64,000 bases of DNA from an uncultured Candidatus Saccharibacteria bacterium (GTDB taxonomy: Bacteria > Patescibacteriota > Minisyncoccia > Minisyncoccales > PEYH01), in the NCBI GenBank assembly GCA_964616145.1, contig CAZTRD010000002.1:4553-68552 (forward strand), read 5' to 3'. Below the pieces are notes generated by a model. The model saw only the letters and a program-made list of their open reading frames with translations. It had not been told where the DNA came from and searched no databases. This document shows, piece after piece, positions 56,844-64,000 of this stretch (within the stretch, counting starts at the first letter, position 1; each line of letters begins with the position of its first letter). The translations under genes and the position numbers were made by a program.

Positions 56844-58470
56844 ATTTTAATCCGATCGTATGAAGAAATATTTTCAACTCTTTAATTCGCAAAACAAAAC
56901 TCATGAAAAGATATGAAAGGATTCCGAAAATTGTTGTAACGATTGCTTGAATCAGAACTCCTTTGGCTGTTAAAACATTAATACATTGGGCCATTAAAGT
57001 CATGCAGATATACATAATGCCAGACATTACCAAACTGGCTATCAATATCTTTCTTGCTGATTCCCAAACATCCCAAATGGGAAGATTTTTTACTTTTCTT
57101 AATAAAAGAAACAGTAAGAACCCAAACTGCAGGAATCCTGTGATCGTAATGGACAAAGGCAAGCCGATTACTCCAATATTTGATATGTCTTCCAAGCTTA
57201 ACAGCCGGGCAAAGAAATTAGAAAAGAAATTAGAAAAGCTGAATGCCCAGGTTAAAAGCCAGGATAGTCCAACATTTATCGCTAAAGCCAAAACACTATT
57301 GAAGAACGGGGTTTTGGTATCTTTAACGGCAAAAAACATTCTTTGGAAAAATGGGATTAAGGTATATGTAAATATCCCTAAACTGAATAATCCAAGACAG
57401 GCAGCTGTTAATCTTGTATCTATCCAACCAAACTTGCCAGTCCCCAACACAATCCTTACCACCGGACCTCTTAAAAGAAACAAAGCAAAACTTATCGGAA
57501 GAACTAAGAATAATGTCTGTCTGAATGTAGAAGAAAAACTGTCACAGAATTTATCTTTTTCTCCTTCTGCCCAGAATCTGGCTAAAAAAGGATAGGCAGC
57601 TACCGCAAACGATCCTCCAATTATACTTATCGGAAATGATCTCAAATTTTCCGAAAAACTGAAGATTGATATATTCCCTACTCCTATCATGGAAGCAATA
57701 GCTGTCACTATTATCAAATTAAAATGGGATGCCACAGCGCTGAAAGTTCTTGGGATCATCAGCCAGAATATTTTTCTTAAACCAGGAGATTTTAAATTAA
57801 ATATCGGCTTGTACCTAAATCCACTGGATATGACTGATGGAAGTTGCACAAACCAATGCAAAAACGCTCCCAAAACAGCTCCAAAAGCAAGCCCCTTTAA
57901 TCCAAAAATTGGCAAAAAGAAAAATATTCCAAATATTATCCCGAGATTATAAAAGATCGGAGCAATGGCAAAAGAAATAAATCTATTGAAATATTGGAGA
58001 ACGCTGGAAAATATATTCGATATACCAAAAAATATCGGGCTTAAAAATAGGATTCTTGTCAAAGCTACTGCCTGAGCCATATTATCAGGAGTAAATCCGG
58101 GAACTATCAGCTTCATCAGATAAGGGGTGAAAATGAATAGTAATCCGCAGATTATAATTGAAAAAACTAAAAACACATTCAGCAGATTATTTGTTAGCTC
58201 CCAGGCCTTTTTTTCATCTTTGCAGTAGTGCTCAGAAAAGATAGGCAGAAATGCAGCGATTATTCCTCCGGAAATTAAAATCGCAAAAACAAGATTAGGG
58301 ATTCTAAAAGCAGCATAATATATATCTAATTCCTGGCTGGCTCCGAATTTCCCAGCCAGTAATCTATCTCTTAAAAATCCTAACAATCCGCTAGCAATAC
58401 TAGATACGGAAAGAATAATGGCTGCTGAAGTTATGCTTTTTGAAGTTTTTCCTAAAACTCTTTTAATCAT
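56827..58470 (-). CDS. murJ: lipid II flippase MurJ/MviN
   Basis: About 14 TM helices; N-terminal ...LGFLRDRLLAGKFGAS...FRIPNL MurJ pattern; 547 aa. Confidence 0.75.
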   Translation of the reverse strand: MIKRVLGKTSKSITSAAIILSVSSIASGLLGFLRDRLLAGKFGASQELDIYYAAFRIPNLVFAILISGGIIAAFLPIFSEHYCKDEKKAWELTNNLLNVFLVFSIIICGLLFIFTPYLMKLIVPGFTPDNMAQAVALTRILFLSPIFFGISNIFSSVLQYFNRFISFAIAPIFYNLGIIFGIFFFLPIFGLKGLAFGAVLGAFLHWFVQLPSVISSGFRYKPIFNLKSPGLRKIFWLMIPRTFSAVASHFNLIIVTAIASMIGVGNISIFSFSENLRSFPISIIGGSFAVAAYPFLARFWAEGEKDKFCDSFSSTFRQTLFLVLPISFALFLLRGPVVRIVLGTGKFGWIDTRLTAACLGLFSLGIFTYTLIPFFQRMFFAVKDTKTPFFNSVLALAINVGLSWLLTWAFSFSNFFSNFFARLLSLEDISNIGVIGLPLSITITGFLQFGFLLFLLLRKVKNLPIWDVWESARKILIASLVMSGIMYICMTLMAQCINVLTAKGVLIQAIVTTIFGILSYLFMSFVLRIKELKIFLHTIGLKYGKKN

Positions 58471-59164
58471 TGCTTTTTCTTAAAATAATTATCGGGGTTT
58501 GCTGTTCACCCTGCCCTGAAGGATTGTCTTTTAATATTTCTAACATTAAAAATTCTTTTCCTTTTAAATTGCTACTGGTTCCCAGAATATTTCCTCCTAA
58601 ATCATTTACATCAGCAATAATATTCTCAAAACCATACTTTCCTTTTATCCTATCGCACCATTCATTACAATTCTCCGGTCCAAGTATTCCCATCTCCAAA
58701 TATTCCTTAAAGGCCTCCCCATAGAACCCGTCCAATTCATTAACTTGATGGCCAGCTACTTTGTAAAACACTCCCCTCTTTCCAATCAACTTTCCTAAAA
58801 TGCTTAAAAATCCAGCTAGAAATATTCTTGGAAGTCCTGCCATGTTAATAGCTACCTGCATTTTTAAAGGATTCCCTACAGAAAATCCATATGGAGTTTT
58901 TGTCACGAATTTTGAGAGAAATTTAGCCCAAAAACCAACTTTAAGATCTTTTTTGTAAATTACTTTGTTTTGAACCAAAGAAACTATTTTTTGAGAAAAA
59001 GAAACTATATCTGTTTCTTTAATGTTTCCGATAATATATTTCTCAATAATATTATCAATATTTTCCCCCGGTCTGACAAAGTGCGTTTTAACTGGAAATC
59101 TCTGCCAGATTTCCTGGCTCGTCTGAATTTCTATTTTTTTACCATCATTAGCTGAAAAATCCAT
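58463..59164 (-). CDS. CofE-like (F420-0:gamma-glutamyl ligase family) protein
   Basis: DIVSFSQKIVSLVQNKV resembles the CofE N-terminal pattern; weak. Confidence 0.3.
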   Translation of the reverse strand: MDFSANDGKKIEIQTSQEIWQRFPVKTHFVRPGENIDNIIEKYIIGNIKETDIVSFSQKIVSLVQNKVIYKKDLKVGFWAKFLSKFVTKTPYGFSVGNPLKMQVAINMAGLPRIFLAGFLSILGKLIGKRGVFYKVAGHQVNELDGFYGEAFKEYLEMGILGPENCNEWCDRIKGKYGFENIIADVNDLGGNILGTSSNLKGKEFLMLEILKDNPSGQGEQQTPIIILRKSND

Positions 59165-59204
59165 ATATAATCATTCATTCTAATCATATTCTGCCATATA
59201 TTCA

Positions 59205-59240
59205 ATGGATAGAGAAACGGGAAGGCCGTGCCTTCCCGTT
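59205..59240 (-). terminator. GC hairpin AACGGGAAGG-ccgtg-CCTTCCCGTT with TTCTCT tail (high-GC island F)
   Basis: Perfect 10-bp stem. Confidence 0.45.
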
Positions 59241-59268
59241 GCGATCCGCAATGTAGAGCGCTGCTGCC

Positions 59269-59400
59269 CTACGTAGCGCCTCTCGTCTGCGTCCATGCGC
59301 CACGACCTCGAGCGCCGGGGCCGTTACGCGACGTCGTCGGTCTGCCGCTTCCTCCCGTGAGTGCAGTCTGCTTCTTGTTGATAATCTGGCGATACTTCAC
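59269..59400 (-). CDS. high-GC 43-aa Gly/Arg-rich basic peptide VKYRQIINKKQTALTGGSGRPTTSRNGPGARGRGAWTQTRGAT (GTG start)
   Basis: AAGGGGGG SD 5 nt before the GTG; terminator hairpin about 30 nt after the stop. The plus-strand ORF 59228-59446 starts inside the hairpin without an SD and is rejected. Confidence 0.3.
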   Translation of the reverse strand: MKYRQIINKKQTALTGGSGRPTTSRNGPGARGRGAWTQTRGAT

Positions 59401-59479
59401 CGTATCCCCCCTTCGACAGATCGACATGACCAATCTGCTGATTTAATTCTAGCTCTAATTAGTTTTTTTAACAATAAAA

Positions 59480-59800
59480 TTACTTTTTGAATCGAGAGTA
59501 TATTTTATTAAAATCAGAATCCTTGTAGATTATTACGAACCTATCTTTGTACTTTAATCCTTGAATTATTGAACCCGAAAAAAATCCTAATAAAATTGGG
59601 TTATAAATTTTTAGAATTAATAAAATTATCAGTACTATCAAACAATAAATCCAATGATGCATATGTATTCTATAACCACAAATTAAAGGTCTTATTGATT
59701 TTTTAACTTTATCTCCTGCAAATTTTCCCGAGAATACATTACAAAAGGTAAATCCGATTATTAAAGAAATAATAAATAATATTATAAAAAGATAATCCAT
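59480..59800 (-). CDS. small multi-TM membrane protein
   Basis: Hydrophobic, 106 aa. Confidence 0.35.
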   Translation of the reverse strand: MDYLFIILFIISLIIGFTFCNVFSGKFAGDKVKKSIRPLICGYRIHMHHWIYCLIVLIILLILKIYNPILLGFFSGSIIQGLKYKDRFVIIYKDSDFNKIYSRFKK

Positions 59801-59825
59801 ATTCTAATTTTATAGACCCATCTAA

Positions 59826-60908
59826 TTATTTCTTACCTAAATACCAAACATCATTTACTCTTGCTCCACTAGTAATCATCCCTCCCATAATCCATATCTT
59901 TTCATCATATACCATGCATACCGGATCCTCTCTTCCGTCTAAAGTAGTTGTTGTGTTCAATTTAGTGAAATTAATAGCGTCATCAGAATACCACACATCA
60001 TTATATCCTTTGGCATATCCCGACCATCCAGCTAGAATCCAGAATTTATCCTTAAACACCAAAGCACAATGACCGTGTCTTCCCGGATAGTCAGCTTTTT
60101 CTTTTTCTAAAACCCAATCTTTTCCATTAGTTGTGCTCCAAATATCTTTTCTGCCCATAAAGCCGGGGTTTATCCCTCCATGCAGCCACATTTTTCCATC
60201 AAATACCGTTACTGTCTGATCATATCTGGCCAACCATGGAGCATTCTCTATTATTAATTCCCAAGTTATCCCGTCAGAAGAACTCCAGACGTCATTTTTT
60301 GCTCCTTTATCATCAACTCCTCCTATCAGCCATAGCTTATCCTCAAAAGCAACTAAAGAATGCCCTTTTCTGGCAGACCAAGGAGTTGTTGAAGCAACTT
60401 CTGTCCAATTAATTCCATCTACAGAACTCCATACATCATTATGGAATTTCCAATCATCTTTTACCCATCCACCGGCAAGGTATAGTTTGTCTTTTAGAAT
60501 AGTAACAGCATGAGCTCTTCTCTTTCCCCAAGAAGCAGTAGCATTTTCCAGATTCCAAGTGATTCCGTCTATAGAACTCCATATATCGCTTTCATGAACA
60601 TGGCTTTCATATGATAATGCTTTGCTTCCATCTCTCACTCCTCCAAAAACCCAAAGCTTCCCATTAAAAGCTATTCCTGTATGGGCATCTCTCTTCTGCC
60701 AATTGGCAGAAGATGTAGCTTCATTCCAAGTAAGCAATGTTGGATCAAAAACTTCCGCTATTTCCTCTGTAGTTGTAGATTCTTCATTAGTTACATTTAA
60801 AATATCTTCATTCGTATCTTTTTTAAAAAGAGAAAGGATAGAGAAAAGAATTATACAAAAAACACATAGGCCAACCACAATCAAGAAAGATTTAAATGCT
60901 TTATTCAT
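59826..60908 (-). CDS. Kelch-repeat (beta-propeller) protein with an N-terminal TM anchor
   Basis: Six repeats of the W..GG....ND.WSS.DG..W pattern. Confidence 0.6.
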   Translation of the reverse strand: MNKAFKSFLIVVGLCVFCIILFSILSLFKKDTNEDILNVTNEESTTTEEIAEVFDPTLLTWNEATSSANWQKRDAHTGIAFNGKLWVFGGVRDGSKALSYESHVHESDIWSSIDGITWNLENATASWGKRRAHAVTILKDKLYLAGGWVKDDWKFHNDVWSSVDGINWTEVASTTPWSARKGHSLVAFEDKLWLIGGVDDKGAKNDVWSSSDGITWELIIENAPWLARYDQTVTVFDGKMWLHGGINPGFMGRKDIWSTTNGKDWVLEKEKADYPGRHGHCALVFKDKFWILAGWSGYAKGYNDVWYSDDAINFTKLNTTTTLDGREDPVCMVYDEKIWIMGGMITSGARVNDVWYLGKK

Positions 60909-60924
60909 ATATTTATTCTAGCAC

Positions 60925-60958
60925 AAAAGCACAAGGGCAGGACTAAGGTCCTGCCCTT
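60925..60958 (-). terminator. GC hairpin AAGGGCAGGAC-taag-GTCCTGCCCTT with T-rich tail (high-GC island G)
   Basis: Perfect 11-bp stem. Confidence 0.5.
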
Positions 60959-60969
60959 CTCTCTGCGGA

Positions 60970-61293
60970 TCACGGGATCGAGAACGAGAGATCGGTCGTC
61001 TTGCCCGGAAGGATCGGGAGGCCATCCAGGATCATCACTACGTGTCGCTGGTACATGGATGGCAACCCCATCCGACTGAGGCATTGTCCGATAGACCCCA
61101 CGATGATCGCCCTCGAGCAATCGGGCACTTCAAAACTCATCATGAGTTCATTCCCTGGCCCAGTTAGCAGTTCAGGTATCGCTCTGGGCTGCCAACCACC
61201 TTGATCCAACTCTTCAGGTGTTTGGCTCAGCGCGATGGCTCCCGAAGTCTTCGTTTGGTGCCCGTCTGGACATATTGCGACATAGAAGTCCAC
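60970..61293 (-). CDS. high-GC 107-aa hypothetical protein (GTG start); faint HicB-like N-terminal pattern
   Basis: AAGGGGGT SD 5 nt before the GTG at 61293; terminator 12 nt after the stop. Confidence 0.4.
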   Translation of the reverse strand: MDFYVAICPDGHQTKTSGAIALSQTPEELDQGGWQPRAIPELLTGPGNELMMSFEVPDCSRAIIVGSIGQCLSRMGLPSMYQRHVVMILDGLPILPGKTTDLSFSIP

Positions 61294-61374
61294 TCCCTAC
61301 CCCCTTTCTTTAGTTCCAAGATCCGCAAAAGGATCCAAGCCTATTCTATCTCTTTGATTCTTCTTTTGTCAATT

Positions 61375-61917
61375 TTATTCAAATTTTATCGGTACTCTCA
61401 AAAAATCATCGTTTTCCGGCAATCCGGAAGGATTGTCTTTCAAAAGCATGAGGTCTGCCTTTTTAATTCCAGGATTTGTGAATTCAATTTTAGCTTCAAA
61501 TGGAACAAAATCTTCTGTCATCCAATCAGATTTTGCAGTAGCTATCGCAGCAGCTAATTCATTCTCATTCTCATCAATTAATTTTATCGGAAAGCTTGCT
61601 TCAAAAAACCATGATCCCTTGGCTTGACCATTAATTTCTATTGTATTCCCTACAATAGCGTTAGGTCGTGGATTATCTATCCTTATCACGTTCTGTTTTT
61701 CCATTTCATTTCCGATATCCTGAGTAAAACTTTTTCCATCTTTAGTCATACATCTAGCAGGATAGCTTTCCATGATAGGATTGCCTGCGGCAGCGCATTC
61801 ATCAAAATTAGTAATATCGTTTTGAGGAGCATGCGTACTATATGTAGAAACTAGCCAAACGATCAAAGCAATTATTATTACTCCTAGAATATATATTAAT
61901 ATTTTTTTAGTATTCAT
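61375..61917 (-). CDS. secreted hypothetical protein
   Basis: N-terminal signal/TM segment. Confidence 0.4.
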   Translation of the reverse strand: MNTKKILIYILGVIIIALIVWLVSTYSTHAPQNDITNFDECAAAGNPIMESYPARCMTKDGKSFTQDIGNEMEKQNVIRIDNPRPNAIVGNTIEINGQAKGSWFFEASFPIKLIDENENELAAAIATAKSDWMTEDFVPFEAKIEFTNPGIKKADLMLLKDNPSGLPENDDFLRVPIKFE

Positions 61918-62079
61918 ATTTTTAATTATTTTAATTTTATTGTTCAGTTTTTAATCAAGATCCTCAATCCTTCCAATATTGTTTACTCTCCGGAGGAATG
62001 AAGATACTTGATATCATTGTACAAATCAGTATAATGGAAATATCTTACAGTACGTCCTGACGCGAGCCGGGACGGTTTT

Positions 62080-62943
62080 TTATTTCTCCTTAACGAGCGA
62101 AAATATTGATCTTAATAATTCATTTATATAGTCCATGGAAGAATCATTTGTTATTACGATATCATAGTTAAAAAGATAAAGTTTTAAATTTTCTTCTATA
62201 TTTTCATTTAAAAATCCGATTTTTATTAAATTATCATGACTAAAGCTTTTAACCATATTGATGTCTTCTATGTTATCTCCTAATAGTATAATATTTTTTC
62301 TATCTTTTAGCTCCTCAAAAACAAGGTAATTTCTGATATTTATCTCTTCTTTATTCAGAGCATGAATTATCGGTTCATTGAAACCAGTAGCGTTCCCATT
62401 GCCATCCCATTCATATGAATTAGATATGATATGAATATTATCATACAGTCTATTTTCTCTTTTAAAAAACATGGAGATAGGATCCCTTCCTAAGCCACTG
62501 GAAGATATAATTAATAAAGGGATTCTATGTTCGTTTAAGAAGTCTAAGAATTCCAGGGCTCCTTCTCTAAATCTTATCTTTTTAGAATTAATAATATTCC
62601 TTAAATCTTTTTTATTTAAGCCTGAGTTAATCAATAAGCTGGAATGAGTCGTCCACCATTCATGCATTGCTTCCTTCCTCTTTTCTAAAGGAATCTTAAG
62701 ATCAATTTCAATCGGATGGTACTTATCATAGAGGGCATGCGCTTTCTCAGCGTAATCTGGGGTTAGATAATTTCCATCGCGTAAGATTGAGATTAAAGAA
62801 GGTATGTTTTTCCTATCAATAAATGCCTTTGTTAAAGTTCTATCAAAATCAGTCAAAATATAAAGTTTTGAAACTCCATCTTCGGAGATTGACTTCTTTA
62901 GGCTGTCTAATCTCTCTGGCTTTGGAATAAAAACATTATCCAT
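62080..62943 (-). CDS. HAD-superfamily hydrolase (5'-nucleotidase-like)
   Basis: ILTDFDRTLT motif I (DxDxT). Confidence 0.45.
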   Translation of the reverse strand: MDNVFIPKPERLDSLKKSISEDGVSKLYILTDFDRTLTKAFIDRKNIPSLISILRDGNYLTPDYAEKAHALYDKYHPIEIDLKIPLEKRKEAMHEWWTTHSSLLINSGLNKKDLRNIINSKKIRFREGALEFLDFLNEHRIPLLIISSSGLGRDPISMFFKRENRLYDNIHIISNSYEWDGNGNATGFNEPIIHALNKEEINIRNYLVFEELKDRKNIILLGDNIEDINMVKSFSHDNLIKIGFLNENIEENLKLYLFNYDIVITNDSSMDYINELLRSIFSLVKEK

Positions 62944-63014
62944 TACATTATCCTATCAAAAATCTTTTAGTTAATCCATTTAAAACTTAAAAACCGCATT
63001 TTGCGGTTCTTAAG

Positions 63015-63384
63015 TTGCCCAAGTAGATAGTAAGCCGAATTCTGTTTCCAATAAATTGGACGGCAATCATTTGTCTTGGCCAAAAATCTCTTTTTGGCTC
63101 CAGCGAGTTACCTTTACCCTGATAAATTTGATAAATCAAATTTTTAGGGATTTACTCTTGCACCCAGGTAGGGATTTAGCCGTTTCATTGCCTAAGTTAC
63201 CTTAGACACTTATCCTTTTTCAAGGATAGTTTCTGATTCTCACCAGAAACCGTCTCTGTTCGCACCCCTCTATTACTAGGGACGGGTATTGCCCGCTACC
63301 ATTTCTAGTTTTAAAAACTAGGCGAGTGTTCGGACTTTCCTCGATGAATTAAATTCACCGCGATTGCCTAATCTACTTGAGCAA
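63015..63384 (-). ncRNA. rnpB: RNase P RNA (bacterial type A)
   Basis: GAGGAAAGUCCG (P4 5' strand) and ACAGAAUUCGGCUUA (P4 3' strand). P1 forms between CUCAAGUAGAU and AUCUACUUGGG. A terminator hairpin AACCGCAAAAUGCGGUUUUU lies at about 62985-63005. Confidence 0.7.
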
Positions 63385-63389
63385 TAGCA

Positions 63390-63417
63390 ATTATATCAGA
63401 ATAAATTATAATGTCAA
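63390..63417 (-). promoter_or_regulatory. consensus sigma70-type promoter TTGACA-N16-TATAAT for rnpB
   Basis: Exact -35 and -10 hexamers 16 nt apart; the -10 ends about 6 nt before the predicted RNase P RNA 5' end. Confidence 0.5.
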
Positions 63418-63786
63418 GCTGCTGTTTTTAGAAAAAATCAATTTTTAAGATTCTTGGCCTATTTAAACAAAAACAGTTCTAATTTTTAGAGCTGTTTTTG
63501 TTTTCTAATCATATATCCGCTTATTCAGTTGGATTTTCAACTGGTGTTTCTGGAGTTGTTTGATCTTCTCCATCCATGTAAAATTTCATGATATTGTAAA
63601 CCACAGAATTTAAAAAACCCTGCGATAAGATTAATTTTCTAACGACCTTTCGATCTCCATCATTTGTAGAATAAAAAACTCAAAACAATTTTTAACGATT
63701 CCTTGTTTGAGTTCTACGCTATTATCCTATTATAATCTCCTTTTTTTGTCAATACACTGCGTAATTCTTTACCTATCATTTATTTA

Positions 63787-64000
63787 TTAAAACAAACTCT
63801 TAACCTCTTTATCCAGCGCTTCATTGGCAGCCCTGTCAGCTTTTCTGTTTTCTTCTCTTGGAATTAATGTAAAAGATGTTTTCCCAATTTCAACTCTTAA
63901 ATTCCAAACTTGCATGAAAAGAGATTGGATCTTCGGTTCCATTATCTTGTACTCCCCTTTCAACTGCGAAACCATCAATTGGGAATCAGACCTTACTTCA
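63787..64000 (-). CDS. 3' end of a gene resembling the ribonuclease HI C-terminus (gene continues past the window end)
   Basis: ...IPREENRKADRAANEAL resembles the RNase HI C-terminal G..NE.AD.LA..A pattern; weak. Confidence 0.3.
   Translation of the reverse strand, partial: EVRSDSQLMVSQLKGEYKIMEPKIQSLFMQVWNLRVEIGKTSFTLIPREENRKADRAANEALDKEVKSLF

Noticed and set aside
59228-59446. Plus-strand 72-aa ORF in island F
   Set aside because: It starts inside the terminator hairpin with no SD. The minus-strand GTG peptide with SD and terminator geometry fits better; both remain low confidence.
61001-61557. ORFs 61001-61204(+), 61201-61557(+) and 60905-61120(-)
   Set aside because: Antisense or overlapping frames in island G and antisense to the 61375-61917 gene.
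1-64000. CRISPR arrays, rRNA genes
   Set aside because: No regularly spaced short direct repeats and no rRNA-like conserved blocks were seen.

Overview
The window is AT-rich with K/I/N-rich proteins and weak ribosome-binding sites, which looks like a small-genome (CPR/Parcubacteria-like) bacterium. Unless stated otherwise, every function below is my reading of motifs in the translations; no searches were run.

Housekeeping genes include rplY (5' part), murC, a 2H phosphoesterase, the AmmeMemoRadiSam triad, a PriA-like protein, ychF, a tRNA-Gln, ftsX, ftsE, prfB (with its +1 frameshift), a NYN protein, tRNA-Thr, tRNA-Gly, lepA, murJ, a Kelch protein, RNase P RNA and an RNase HI 3' end.

A dense defence-type island spans about 16.7-36.3 kb. 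Read from the high-coordinate end it carries an SNF2 helicase overlapping a 1098-aa N6-adenine methyltransferase, a ClpP-like protease with two small membrane proteins, a Cas4-like nuclease with a UvrD-like helicase, a RelA/SpoT-domain protein, HEPN, DUF2726 and DUF3800 proteins, and several unknowns. It is followed at 36.3-44.6 kb by a prophage- or satellite-like module (excisionase-type HTH, ParB-methylase, methylase, TerS, TerL, large serine recombinase, a structured att-like intergenic region).

The most unusual signal is a set of seven short high-GC islands in this AT-rich genome: 6.76-7.68 kb, 45.1-47.0 kb, 51.5-52.0 kb, 52.2-52.56 kb, 53.9-54.3 kb, 59.2-59.44 kb and 60.93-61.32 kb. Each carries one or two small genes with a canonical GGAGG-type Shine-Dalgarno sequence, often a GTG start, and a GC-clamped hairpin terminator. 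Three of these islands sit in a tandem cassette array between tRNA-Thr and tRNA-Gly. The array is delimited by about 100-170-nt direct repeats that carry a degenerate copy of the tRNA-Gly T-arm and 3' end (att-remnant-like); one slot holds a Fic toxin gene. The other islands abut copies or fragments of a second, roughly 170-nt repeat family found at 20109-20281 and 44948-45118, which ends in a 12-bp-stem hairpin. Two of the high-GC islands also encode about 37-39-aa single-TM peptides.
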